Of a stretch of DNA of 64,000 bases, positions 35,948 to 48,107 are shown piece after piece (position 1 is the stretch's first letter; each line of letters opens with the position of its first letter). Both the position numbers and the translations under genes were made by a program. Location of the stretch: positions 620,001 to 684,000 of the forward strand of contig OZ237742.1 of assembly GCA_965178125.1 (NCBI GenBank). Direction: 5' to 3'. This stretch comes from Bilabrum cf. latius. Taxonomy: Eukaryota. The notes beneath the pieces were generated by a model. It worked only from the letters and a program-made list of their open reading frames with translations. It was not told the DNA's origin and ran no database searches.

Positions 35948-38900
35948 TCAGCTCTTCGATTTCCCCTTGCTCTCCGATGATACCGCCGGAAATAGCATAT
36001 CTCCGTTCTCTAATGCAAGTTCCACGTACCCCAGCACTAGCGCAAGCCGCCTGAAAGACACAAGCACCAGGTCGAGCTGAGCCGCCTGTTGCTGGGGCCC
36101 GCCGCCGCCGGTACCGGACCTCGTTCCCGTTCTAGATGAAGACTCTTGCAGCAAGGAAGGCGCGCCCGAGGGATCCGAGTCGGCTGGTACAGTAAGCTCA
36201 CGGGTGGCCGAGTGTCGGCCAGGTCCAGCAAGCGTACCAGAGTCCAAACGATCTCCAACCAGGGATGCGCCTGCGTGCCGACCGCCTTGCGCTCCTCGCG
36301 GCCGCAGAGGTGACCCGCCAGCAGCCAACCGCTTGGCTTCCTTCCTCCTCCGCTTCGCTTCTTTGCGCTCTTCTTCTCGTCGACTAGCAGGGTCCATACC
36401 CACGCCATCGCGCAGGGTATCGTCGCCGTCGTTTGGCGGCTTGGTGGCAGATCCCTTCGGATACGACCCATCCCCGCTGCGCGCCTGCAGCACCATCTGT
36501 CCCTTCCTGGTAAAGCTTTGCGCCTTCGACAGACCCTTTGCTCCCGATGAGCCGCCGGATCTAACGCTTGGCCTGGCCTCATCGTCACTTGAGCTGTCGC
36601 TGCTGCTGTCGCTCTCCGTCGTGAACGCCATGTTTACCTTGGTCATTGACGCCCGCCGTGCACGCCGAGCAGTAGTGTGGTCGCCTTTTCGAGTTGCTTC
36701 TTCGGCCGCCTCCATTCTGCAGTGCTCGCTTACAGCAGCACACCGCCGGAATATGGGAACCAGAAACGAACGGAAGGCAGCGGGAGGTCGCTTCAGAGCC
36801 CGCCTGGCCACGTCGAGGAAATCGTGGCACCGCAGCTCGGTGGCACCTCTGGTGTCCGATGCGAAGAAATGTCGAAGCATGCGCTGCAAGCGAGGTTCCT
36901 GCATTCCGCCGCCCGCAAGCTGGTGAGCCAGGAAGTCCAATATCAACTCGCTGGTGATTTGCGGCGCGGCCTCCTCCCTCTGTTTCCTCAGCTTGGCCCT
37001 CAGTCCCGCCTTGCCCGCGGCCCCCGCGCCCATCATGATGTCTGCAGCATCCAAGTTGTGCCTGGCAGCGTTGTCTTCGATCTCTCGCAGGATCTGCGCC
37101 TGCTCCGAATCGAGACCACTCTCTCCCATGCTCGCCCTGCGAGCTGCCCTGCGCATCGACTGCACCAGCGGGTCGCCAGACTCCCCGGGAGCACCGCTGG
37201 ATCGGTCGTCGCCATCCTCAGAGTTTCCGTCCGTTGCTTGCTTGGCTGGGTGTGCCTTTGTAGTGCGCGCCACCAAAGCCCCACCCTTTTTGGCCTTTGC
37301 AAAGGCATATAATTCATCGATCCACTTGCGTATGTCCGGAGTGTTGGGCACAGGGTACAGAGCAGATGCGATGATTCCCGGGTCCCTCTGTGCATCCTTT
37401 GCGTCTGTCTCCCGCTGGGCTTCCTTGTCGCTTGCCGATCGCTCTTTGTGCCCAGACGAACCTGCTCGACCAGCATCTGGGGCCATTGCCCCCGCGACAC
37501 TGTCTACGCCAGCACTGGCACCAGACTGCACGGTGGCCTGCAGCGCCTGCTGCGCCTTTCGGAAGGCCTCGTGGGTCCTGAGCCCGGAATCCAAGCGCAC
37601 CCCTGCCGTATCCAACGCGAGCAAAGATCGCACGACGTAGCGGATGGCACACTCCTCCTCCCTTCCACGCAGCACGTCCAGAATCAGTGCGGCTCCCTCG
37701 CTTCGCTTCGCCGCCGTGCCCAACGCCACGATCACCGACACGACCGCAGACGAAGCGGCGCCGTCGTGCCTCAGCACTCGTCGCAAGTACCGAATCAAGT
37801 ACACCAGCAGTGGCACGTTCACCGTCATGTACTGCCCCAGATCAGCTGCGTCCGTTCGCCTGCCGCGCACTTCGCCAGGCGATTGCAACCCTGGCTATCG
37901 TCCGGACAACCCAGCAGCAGCCTGTTCCGCCCTTGAAGCTGACGCAGCAGCCACAATCTCTGCCTTCTTGTCCGAGTTGGCGCCACCTCTCGACAGCAGG
38001 TACTTGCGAGCCTCCGCGGGGGAAAGCCCCAGCTCCACAGCTCGCACAGACGCCTCGGCCTCCGCCGTCTCGACGTGGAGCTTGTCCACCGCTGCGCTTA
38101 TGGCGATTCGAATGGCCTGCGCGCTCGTCAGGCGGCGAGGCGGTGGAAAGGTGGCAGGCATGTGCTAGGACAGCAGAGCCGCACATATCCACGCGGGCCC
38201 GCAAGGCCGCGGCTGAGCCGACAGCAGCGGCACCAGGTCCACATCATGAGGCATGATCGGCGGGAGTGACATCCCTTTCGATGTGTCACTGCGGGAGGAC
38301 GCCCCAGCACCTTCCTTTCCGTTGTGCGGCCGAACGTTCTCGATGGCGAGCCGCGCCTTGGTCTTGGTCCTCTGCTCCTCCTTCCAGGCCTCGAAGGCGA
38401 TGCAACCCTGCAGCGACACCGGCAGCACCAGCCCCGCCTGCATCAGCCACTGCAGCATGGGAAGGTACTTGGGTCTCCTAAGCAGCGTGCGGATGTGACC
38501 CTCCATCGCCTCTATCTCAGCACCTAGCTCCTGCAGCTCCATGCCTAGATCGTCCAGCTCTTCCGCGGGCGCCTCGTGCAGGCACAGAGACAGCAGCTGC
38601 ATCTTGGGAATCACGGGAATTGTTGAGGCTCGGGGCCCACTCTGCGGAGAGTGGTGCACGCACCCCCGCTCCTGCATCCGTTCGACCTCGAGCGCAGACG
38701 TCGCGAAGGCGCCTTGCCCTTGCGTAGACGACAGAGGGGCCAAGCCCTGCACCCCTGCAAAGGAGCCGAGACCGAGGGCGGCACGCCAGGCCTCCCTCCG
38801 ATTGTCCTCATCTTCGAGTGCGGCGCTGTCCACCTCTCCCATCCGCTGCTGGAACGCCTCGTACAGGTCGAGGAGAAGCCTGCCAGGCGATGACAGCGTC

Positions 38901-40024
38901 CTGTCAGCAAGGAACGCCCTGGAGGCCTGCTTGCCCAGTGCGTCCAGCCGCTACCGCCAGCTTGTCTCTCGAGATCGAGGAACGGATCTTGAGCGAGAGC
39001 TCGATCCGCCGTTCAAAGGCACGACCAGCCCGTCTCCGCGTGCGTGAACGGATGCAGGTGCATCAGACCCAGACGCCTCGGAGCCCTAGCTGGGCAGTCG
39101 CGGGCGCGTTGGTGGCTGCGGTTTTCTTCGAGGGGGCGAATCGGGGGCTCTCCCAGAGCTTGGAGAAGGTGCGCGCGCTCTAGGGGGTCTGCGGGGCGGC
39201 TGCGACCTGGCGCGAGCCTGGGCGGTGTCCACTGTGCTCCTGCCCATCGCCTGAATCGGTCTCACTGACAAGCCGCCCCTGCCGGGGGCAGTCGAAGCAT
39301 CATGGCCTGCTGCCTCTGCAGCGATGAGTTCTTTGCGCCGCCGCACTTCCAGGCTCTCGAACCGCCGCTTGGTGAGGGCGCTAGATCCCGACTGCTCCCT
39401 CAAGGCCACGACCTCTGCGTGGAGTGACGCGTGGGCAGTTCGAAGCTGGGCTACCTCGGCAGCCAGCGCAACGTTTCGGCGCATGGACTGCTCCTCCTCC
39501 GCTTGGCGCCTGGCTTTCGCTTCTTCCATTTCCTTGCTAGAGGCTTCGGCACTGACTCCCAATGAAGCGAGCTGTCGCCGCAGCTCCCGAATCCGTTGAA
39601 ACGCAAGGTCGGCCCTTTTCTCAGCGGCTGCTCGAGCATCTACAGCAGTATTGGCTTCCTGCCGTAGAGCGTCAATTTCCCTAGTGGTGGTCTGAGCCTG
39701 CGAGCGAAAGCCGGTTGCAAGTGCGAACCATGGCACCTGCATTGCCGTGACTTTGCTGCCCCCAGCTGCCCTGCTGTCTGTATCCACCACACTTGTCACT
39801 TCTTTGCTCAACAACATTGGTTTCAGCATGACTAGAACTCGCTGCAGTATTCGAGCGTACGCTGGGCCGAGGGATTTGCAGAGTGCAGACAAGCATTTCA
39901 ACACGCCCGTAGCAAACTTTGCACAGGATGCCTTGTCTTCTACTAGTGGTAGCTAACGAACATTCGACCCATCAAAGAGGTGGTCGTTTGCGAGCTCTGC
40001 CAGGGCACGTTCCAGGCCAGCCAT
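35948..40024 (-). CDS. Uncharacterised coiled-coil protein (1,358 aa)
   Basis: ATG 40024 to TGA 35948 in one frame with 5 TAG (39953, 39086, 38951, 38165, 37895); heptad-like segments (REIDALRQEANTAVDAR, LQELGAEIEAMEGHIRTL). No family recognised. Confidence 0.8.
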
Positions 40025-40156
40025 GACACAATTTAAGTTATCTTCAAAACGGATCGCATAGTATTGTCTTCATCTTTATTTCATGCGAACGTCGCAAAAA
40101 CGATCATTGATTTGTGTTTGGTAGGATATGTGCCTGCTTCAGACGATTGGTCTTCG
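40025..40156. promoter_or_regulatory. Putative compact bidirectional promoter (coiled-coil gene / HflX)
   Basis: Head-to-head ATGs about 130 bp apart with an AT-rich spacer. Inferred from geometry only. Confidence 0.45.
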
Positions 40157-42649
40157 ATGAGAAGGGGTCTGGTGTGGTGTGTAAAGCTACTTGCGAGAGC
40201 TCACCGACACGCGCCCCTCAGAACACCGCATAGGTGCGCTTCTAGTGCAATCGTGATCCACCCGTACAAGCATAGGAGCAAGGGATGGACTTCATCGGAG
40301 CTCAAGTCCCAAGCCAGTGATCGTTTGGAAGAAGCGATTGCATTGGCTGAAGCCTTGGATTGGAAAGTGGTCGGATCTGCAGCAAGCCCGACGCGAGCGT
40401 CGTCGGCTGCGCTCCTTGGGCCAGGACAAGTGTCAGACCTCTCCGAAGCAGTGCAGAACCTTGGGGCAAGTGTGATATTTATAGATTTGCACGTGTCTCC
40501 TATGCGCGCAAAATCTCTGAGAGATGCCGTCTCAGCCTCTATCGTGGATCGCAAAGGCGTGATTCTCAGCATCTTTGAGAAGCAAGCTCGAACCAGAGAG
40601 GCCTAGGTGCAGACGCGCTTGGCAAGGCTGTAGTACGAGCGAGCACGAATCGTTATGTCAAGCGGAGAGTTCAGGTTTGACTAGCAACGAGGCGGCGCGG
40701 CTGCTATTGGAGGCGCAGGCGAGTAGCAGATCGAGCTGGTCAGGAGACGCTTGGACAAGGCAATCGGCAAGGCAAAGCGCGAGCTCTCGCAGCTGCAGCA
40801 ATCTGCCCGCCACAAGAATTCATCTCATGCTGCTGAGTCGCCAAGCTCTGTCGAGTCGCGGAGGATGCAATTCTTCAGCCAACACGAGGCCATCGACGAG
40901 CCAGTTGAGCAGGTGCTCCATGGGAGCCAGCGCACCAGTTCGAAGGGTAGCATGGACATCCTGTCCGAATTTAGGCTAGCCCCGCTGGTAAGAGCAGATC
41001 CTGTGGCGCTATCGCGCCGATGGTGCTCGCGGCACAAGTCCCAGAGCTCTGGTGGAGCCCCCATCACGGTTGCTCTAGCAGGGTACACGAACGTCGGGAA
41101 GACCGCGCTGGCAAGGGCGCTGTGCGCTGGCAGTCCGTCTGCAGATGACTTCGAGCCGCACGACAGGGTGTTTGCCACGCTCGACACCAAATCAAGGCGC
41201 TCCCGACTGCCGTCAGCGGCGCATGCAGTGCTTGTGGACACGGTTGGATTCATCACCGAGCTTCCGCTTGAGCTGGTGGCCTCGTTTCGGAGCACCCTAG
41301 GGGAGGTGTCGAGAGCAGACATGCTGATTCACGTGCGGGACGCTTCTGCCTCCCGATTCGAGCAGCAAGGCCAGGATGTACGGGAGACCCTGGCGTCCAT
41401 CGGGGCACCCTTAGACGGGCCGGGGGTCTCTGCCGGGGCTGGGCTGCTCTATGTGACGCCGCAAGGGCAGCTATGCCTGGAAGTGTGGAACAAAGTGGAC
41501 AAGTTGCGCGCCCAGGCAGATCAGCAGGAACGCAGCGAACCGGCTGCTGCACTGCATTGCACGACGTAGCAGCAACAGCGAGAGTAGTTGGGTGATAAAG
41601 AATGGGCCACATTGCAGGACTACTTGGATGATGAGGAGAATGCGATGGAGACGCTCGGTGACGACCAACAGGCTACTGCTGCGGGCATCTCCCTTCAATC
41701 GCCTGGCGGAGGCGACACCTCGGAGACAAATTGCGCGCCGCCTGGGCAGCACGAGGCATCCCGGCACTCGACTCCAATTCCAGGCAGATCCACTCGATCC
41801 TCTACCCAAAGGCTTGCTCTTCTAGATCAATGGGAGCATGGCACGCCGCCGGCATAGGCCTCGGCCTCGGAGGGGAACTCCCTTGGTGTGAGCGCGGAGA
41901 CCGGAGAGGGAGTAGGTCGGCTCCGCGAAGCGATCGACTACGCCCACATGCTGCTATCCGGGGAGGTGGACGTGCTGGTAGCTCTCGACGGGGTCTCGAC
42001 GGAGGACATAGAGGCGCAGGTGTGGCTGTTCGCGCCGGACAGTACTACTGGCGGGAGGGGCAACCAACGGATGGACGGGCCGGGGCCACGACGGGGCCGT
42101 GCTTCCAAGAGACCCGGGTCGAAAGGGCGGCGATCTCGCCGTCAACACGACAAGGGAGATTTCAGAGCAGGGACAAGCACAGGCACAGGCACAGGCGCAG
42201 CAACGTCTTGGCAGTTGGAAAGCGGGGAGGACTAGAGTGGTGAGGACAAGGGTGGTGAGGAAGGCCCAGACTGGAAGGACGGCACCTCGGACGGCCTGCA
42301 GTCGCAGAATTATCGCCAGTCAGAGTTGGCTGCATGGCTACGTTGCGACGCCGCAGTACAAGTCCGGGTCACTGATGTGACGGCTGGAGTCGTCAAACGC
42401 AAACACACCGGTGGTGACATCGGCAGCGCCGAACCCATTTCGGAAGGAGGCAGCGATGAAAGCAACGGACAGAGCATGCAGGAGGCCGCCCCCTTGCTGA
42501 TCAGAGCCCGTATGAATCCAGCAGCAGTAGTGCACATGGCACAGCAGTTTCCAGGGATTTCTCAGAGGCTGTCTCCTGCTGACGATGTGTCGGCCCGGCG
42601 ATTGAGGTACCTATTCGAGCACGCGGTGCACAGTCATGGCCGGGGATGA
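40157..42649 (+). CDS. hflX: HflX-family GTPase (GTPBP6-like), probably organelle-targeted
   Basis: LEEAIALAEAL, IVDRKGVILSIFEKQARTREA[Q]VQTRLARL[Q]Y...D[Q]QRGG...GAGE[Q]QIELVRRR; G1 GYTNVGKT, G2 FATLD, G3 DTVGF, G4 NKVD, G5 SAETGEG. Arg-rich N-terminal leader. Eight TAG; ends TGA. Confidence 0.92.
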
Positions 42650-42875
42650 CGCTGCCGCTCGAATGTATTTGGTTGTGTACAGACTAAATTGGAGGATCCC
42701 TTCATTCAGGTTTAATCTGGATTACAACCACGTGGATCCGAAGCTGATCCAAGCAACAAGCATGCAGGTCCCCACGGCAGCGCTTCAACTCGACGCAAGC
42801 ATTCAAATACAATACAGCTTGATCTAAAAAAGCGCTGGCTTATGTTTGGGCCCAGAGTCGTGCCGCACGGCGCGC

Positions 42876-43496
42876 TCAAAGCTCACTGTGAGACGGTCCT
42901 CCTGCGACGCGCACGAGCCTCATCTCGTGATCCAGGTCATCCTCAACCTTGTGGTGCGGTGAAATGTGCTCGATCACCCAGAGCTCGTGTGCTTTGTCCA
43001 CAATGAAGTCATCGATGTCTTCTGACGGTGAAAGAGACACCCAGGGGTGCATGGTGGATCCGTAGTGGTACTGCCCGTCATCGTACACCAGAATCGCCCA
43101 TTCATGCCCACCGAGCCAGTCGATTAGCATAACGCTTGATTCGCCAGTGAACGTCGCAAAAAGCTCGCTAGCTGTCTGTCCCTCGAACATGACTGGGGCC
43201 CCTTCCTTGCGATGGTCTCCCAAGAAGTGCAATTTCTTTTCAACCGTCTGTGGGTGCGACTGCTGCAGAGCTTCCGCGCTGTTGAGCTGCTCTTTCGTTG
43301 CCGAAATACCCAACGCTTTCAAAGCCTTGTGCGCGAGGTCGGCGCTTGTAATGTCAGTGTCGTCCTGAATGGAATCGAACAGCTCTGTCATCAACTTCGA
43401 ATAGCTCTTGCGAGTCCCCCAGGCCGCAACAGGCTAGAGCACGCAACCAAGGATGAAAGAAGCTGCGATTAACCTTGTGGCTGTACTTATTCCCAT
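42876..43496 (-). CDS. Small putative secreted protein (206 aa), unknown function
   Basis: MGISTATRLIAASFILGCVL[TAG 43434]PVAAWG signal-peptide-like leader in frame with ORF 42876..43394; ends TGA. Upstream in-frame ATGs exist, so the start is uncertain. Confidence 0.65.
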
Positions 43497-43729
43497 TCTG
43501 ATGCTTGGCGCACTGCCCAATGTGCAAATAAATGAACCACAGCTGGCAAAGTGTGGCGCCGCGGTCATGGCAACGGAACCACTCATTCTGGAGGTCGCAA
43601 GGCCAACAAGCAAGGTCGCGAGGCGACGAAAGCAGGGCCATGCAAAACTAGCGCTACCTTCAGGCCCTGCGGTGAACGACTGCATCTCGATTGCTGCCTG
43701 CTGCGATTTGTAAGTGGTATCACCGCGCA

Positions 43730-43957
43730 TTACTGCTTCATGGCAGCCACATGAACCGGTATGCTCGAACTGTGTAGGGACCTCTGGTTGTTCTCTGGCA
43801 GGGCCTCCAGCAGTATGGCGCAGTTATTCGACGGGTTGCAGCTCCACAGCTCCTCCAAGTTGCCGTGGGCGGATGTCGTGGCCCTGAAATGCAGCTTGTC
43901 GTTGAAGATCCAGCCGCTGGCGCCGGAGCCCCCACTGGCAGACACGTGGTCGAGCAT
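43730..43957 (-). pseudogene. Possible gene fragment with one ELWxxDGT-like repeat unit
   Basis: IFNDKLHFRATTSAHGNLEELWSC resembles the LYF.A....HG.ELW unit. Single copy, short, ends in TAA. Confidence 0.3.
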
Positions 43958-44053
43958 CGCCTACAAGTCGCTGGAGCGCTGTTGGTGGAAGGGAATGTGA
44001 GAGATGCGCTTGTTCGCCTCGATTGAGCAAACGAAGCGAGGCGAGCGTGACCG

Positions 44054-44953
44054 TCGTGACGGGGGGGGATCTGATATTTTGTGGACTCAACACCGTCGTG
44101 AAATACAGAAATACAGAAATACATTGTTGGGTAAAGATTCCATAAACACCCAGATGCACCGTCGCCCCCGAGGGGGTTTGGGTGATCACCTAGATCCAGA
44201 GGAGCCCTAATAACAAAGGACTACAAGACCCCCGACCCTTTCAGGCCAAAGGCCCCCCGTTCTCAGCCTATGCCGCCGAGTTCCCATTCTTCGCCATCAG
44301 TGTGGTCCCCCACAGGCCCCCAGCCTGTTGCCTTCACAAGGAGAAAGCATACAGGTGCGGAGCATGTGCCCGGCACAAAGCGCGGTCCAGTCCCACATCA
44401 GGGTCCCCTGCCGGGACCCACCATTTCCTCCTCCATGACCGTCTCTGCGTCTCACGATCCTTCAGAGAGGCGAGCATGCACGCGCTCATGCCTTTGGCCC
44501 ATTGCCTCTCTATATCCTTTAGCAAGCCGTGGGGCTTGAAAATCCGTCGCTGTAGTCGGGCGTTCGCATTGGTTGCCGTTATCAGCTCCTGCGTGGCCGT
44601 GGCGGCTAAGGCAGCCGCCGCATCACCACGCATCCACTGCCTGCATGTCAGTTGCTCCTGCTGGCGCAGCTGGTTTCTGAGCACCTGCACCACTTGGTTG
44701 GCCAGCACCTTGACAGCTGTACGTTCCGAGGACCGTGCAATCGTGCGCTCTATCCGAATGAGCGCGCCTTCGACGATTGGCTTGGCCCTGTTGGTGTGTT
44801 CCAGCTTCTCGTCCCAGGGATCCAGGGCGAGAGCTGTCTTCGCCCATGCCTTGCGAAGAGAGGCGGGCGACCTCCCTCTATTCTGATCCCCGGCATCAGG
44901 TTGCCACGGCTTCGTTTCGGCGTGACGCTCATGCTCAGCCCGCTCGTGACGGG
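44054..44953 (-). mobile_element. Candidate 5'-truncated retroelement or other insertion relic
   Basis: Identical 10-mers TCGTGACGGG at 44054-44063 and 44944-44953 flank an ORF tail with no plausible start (ends TGA 44334) and a structured 3' region. No RT/transposase motif seen. Confidence 0.3.
44100..44123 (+). repeat. 8-bp tandem repeat (GAAATACA)x3
   Basis: Directly visible. Confidence 0.9.
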
Positions 44954-45029
44954 CCTGCAATGTTGCGTGAAATTTGCGAAAACTCTGTTTTTCTGTCGGA
45001 TTCGTCAAATACCACGGTCCGTCTCCAGC

Positions 45030-48016
45030 ATGAGTTGGTTTCGATCGTCTGATATGGAGTATATTTCCGTAGTTATTAATAGGTAGAGAGCCCGCGAATG
45101 CATGGAGCGCCTGGGGGACCTTGGGGTAATGCAATTTCGTGATGTAAGGACTGTCTGCGGCGTAACTGGAAACCATTCTTTATCGAATCCTCGCAATGGC
45201 ACATATCACAACACCGTGAATCTATTGCTCTCTCCTCTCAGCTACAAGGAGACACGACAGCTTTCAAACGCGATTTTACGGATGATATTAGGGTATGCGA
45301 TGAGCTGGAGCTCATCCTGGCGAACTTTGAGAAAGAAATGAAGGCGTTCGGCATCGCCCCAGACGTAAGTTGCCATAGAATGTTGAGCACTTGCCTGTGA
45401 GAAGCCGTCAACCCCGCAATGCTGCTCTAGTCATGTCCCAATCCATGCCTACTGCAGCACCTCACGGTGGAAGATTTTTATGATTGGAGAGCGAACGAGG
45501 ACAACGCAAACGCATCGAACTCCAAAGCAGTTCACAGACCTATTCTAGAGTTTTGGCAAGGACGGCTTCAGAGGGAGCACAACGAGTATCAGCACATCAC
45601 GAAAGCACGAGATGAGAACATTCGAGCACGGGCCCACGCCGTCGAGGAAGAAGAAGTCGTGGAACGTCTCGCAGAGCTGTTTGAGGTAGAAACCAACCCG
45701 GGCGGTATTATGGACACAGGAAACGTTGCCGTGACAGATGACGGCAGCATGGCGCTCATGGGCGGGTCTGCCGGCGGATTTGGAGCCGGTGACAGCAAGC
45801 GGGCCGCGCAGCAGCAGCCGCAGCAGCAAGTTGGCTTCCAACACGTTGCAGGCACCATTCCTCGTTCCCAGGTCCGCAAGTTCGAGCGCAGGGTGGTGAT
45901 TGCCAGCCGTCGACAAGCCTACGTGCGGTTCTCTGAGCCTCAATACGAGCTCTACAACCGGCGCGGGGAGGCCGAGGACCGCGTGGTGTTCGCCGTGTTT
46001 TTTCATGCCACTGCGGTGGCGAAGAGGGTGAGGAGGGTGTGCTCGGCCTATGGGTCCAGCCTGTACACGGTGCCTGAGCTGGGCGACCCCATGCGGGCGC
46101 ACGCCGCGGTGTCTGCAAGGCAGAAGGATGTTCGAAGGCACATCGAGGAGCAGTCGGACCTGCTGAGGAGACAGGAGGCCCAGATTAAGACCATGCTCGT
46201 GCGAGCAGCGAGGGACCTCGTCCATCTGAAGCGCGGTGTCCGCAGGGAGAAGGCCATCGCCATCGCTCTCAACCGGCTGGAGCCCGCCTCCGACACGATG
46301 CTGAAGGGGGAGGCCTGGGTGCTGCCCGACAAGCGGGGTGCTGTCGAGGACGCGGTGAGAAGCGCGCACATGGTGCAGTCGACGGGGAATCCGCTGCCCT
46401 ACTTCATCAACACGGTGCCCAAGCAGCACTGGGGCATGCCCCCCACCCACTTCCGCACCAACAAGTTTACCAAGATTTTCCAGGACGTGGTGGACACGTA
46501 CGGAGTGGCCATGTACAAGGAGGTCAACCCCGCTCTATTCACCACGATCAGCTTCCCGTTTCTGTTCGGAGTTATGTATGGTGACGTGGGCCACGCGTCG
46601 ATCATCTTTATTATCGCGGCGCTGGCCATCATCTTCGAGGAGCAGCTGATCCGCGCCAAGCTCAGCGACATGTACCAGATGGCGTTCCAGGGCCGGTACA
46701 TGATCCTGCTCATGGCATTCTTTGGAATGTACTGCGGCATCGTGTACAATGACCTGTTTGGCTTGAACTTCCAGCTGTTTGAATCCAGGTGGTTCCACCC
46801 AGAGGTGGAAGGTCCCAACGGCACCATGGTGGAGCAGCGGGAGGCGGTACGCAGGGAAGTGGACGGCACCAACGTGTATCCCTTCGGGGTGGATCCGGAG
46901 TGGAAGCGCTCGCAGAACGAGCTCTTGTTTCTCAATTCCATGAAGATGAAGATGAGCGTCATCATCGGGATCGTGCACATGTTCTTCGGGCTCACACTGC
47001 GGGCGGCCAACTCGATTTACTTTGGCAATATGGCTGAGCTGGGCCTCGAGGTGGTCCCCATGTTCGTGCTGTTCATCACTTTCTTGGGATACATCGCCTT
47101 CTTGATCCTGTACAAGTGGAGCGTGGATTGGTACGCCCCCGATTCTCCCGGTGGTCCCCCGAACCTCATCGATCTGCTGATCGGTATCCTTCTGAAGCCT
47201 GGCCAGGTAGATGAGCCGATGTTCGAGGGTCAGGCAGCCGTTCACTCGCTCATCCTCGCGATCGTGTTCATCTGCATCCCGCTCATCTTGCTGGGCAAGC
47301 CGATGGCGCTCTGGAGGTGGCACTCCCAGCAGCGGGTGCGCGCGCCCTTGGGAGCTTCGTACGGTGCTTCTGCCCCGCGGCACGGTGGAGGGGAGGGAGC
47401 GCTTGGGGTTGAGGCCGGAGACGCCGACTCGCTCTTCGATGACGACGAGACGGAAGACCAGAGGGCTTCCTCGCTGTTTGCGCCCGCGTCTGGCGCGGCG
47501 AACGGGGGCGACACTGGCGGCCTTTTGCCAGCATCTGCCGCCGACGAGGAGGACATTTTGGGAGGAGACGATGAAACAGCCGCTTTGACTGGTGGGGGCG
47601 GTGGTGGAGGCCATGGCCACGGCCACGACGGGCCTTTTGACTTTGGTGACGAGCTTATGCACCAGGCCATCGAGACGATCGAGTTCACGCTCAACCTCAT
47701 GAGCCACACTGCGTCATACCTTCGACTATGGGCGCTATCACTGGCGCACACGCAGCTCGCAGCGGTGTTCTGGGAAAAGGCCCTGCGAGGCACCATCGAG
47801 ATGGGCAGTCCGTTCGCAGTCTTCATTGGGTTTGGTGTTTTTGCCGGCGTCACGTTTATGGTGCTCTGCATGATGGACGTGCTGGAGTGCTACCTGCACA
47901 CTCTGCGGCTGCACTGGGTGGAGTTCCAGACAAAGTTCTACAAGTCGGACGGGTACAAGTTCCAGCCGTTCGCTTTCAGCCGCATCGTGGACGAGCCGAT
48001 CGACGCCAGCATGTGA
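45030..48016 (+). CDS. VPH1: V-type H+-ATPase V0 subunit a, 3 exons (45030-45143, 45242-45364, 45458-48016)
   Basis: MSWFRSSDMEYIS...NR[TAG 45084]RARECMERLGDLGVMQFRD|LQGDTTAFKRDF...CDELE; PPTHFRTNKFT, YKEVNP, FPFLFGVMYGDVGH, GRYMILLM, NSMKMKMS, HQAIETIEF, SHTASYLRLWALSLAH, LHTLRLHWVEFQTKFY. Ends TGA. Confidence 0.96.
45144..45241 (+). other. Spliceosomal intron (98 nt, phase 0)
   Basis: GTAAGG donor, pyrimidine tract and CTCAG acceptor; restores QFRD-L. Confidence 0.9.
45365..45457 (+). other. Spliceosomal intron (93 nt, phase 0)
   Basis: GTAAGT donor and CTGCAG acceptor; an alternative in-frame acceptor ends at 45430. Confidence 0.75.
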
Positions 48017-48107
48017 TTGGGTGGTTATCCGTTTCGGAATCCGTTTGCTGTGAATTATGTTTTTTTGATTTGACCTTTGAATATCCGGATGATCTGATTA
48101 TCATCAA

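Noticed and set aside
44954-45176. 5' part of ORF 44334..45176 as a real gene start
   Set aside because: It would overlap V-ATPase exon 1 and intron 1 in antisense; more likely a chance open frame.
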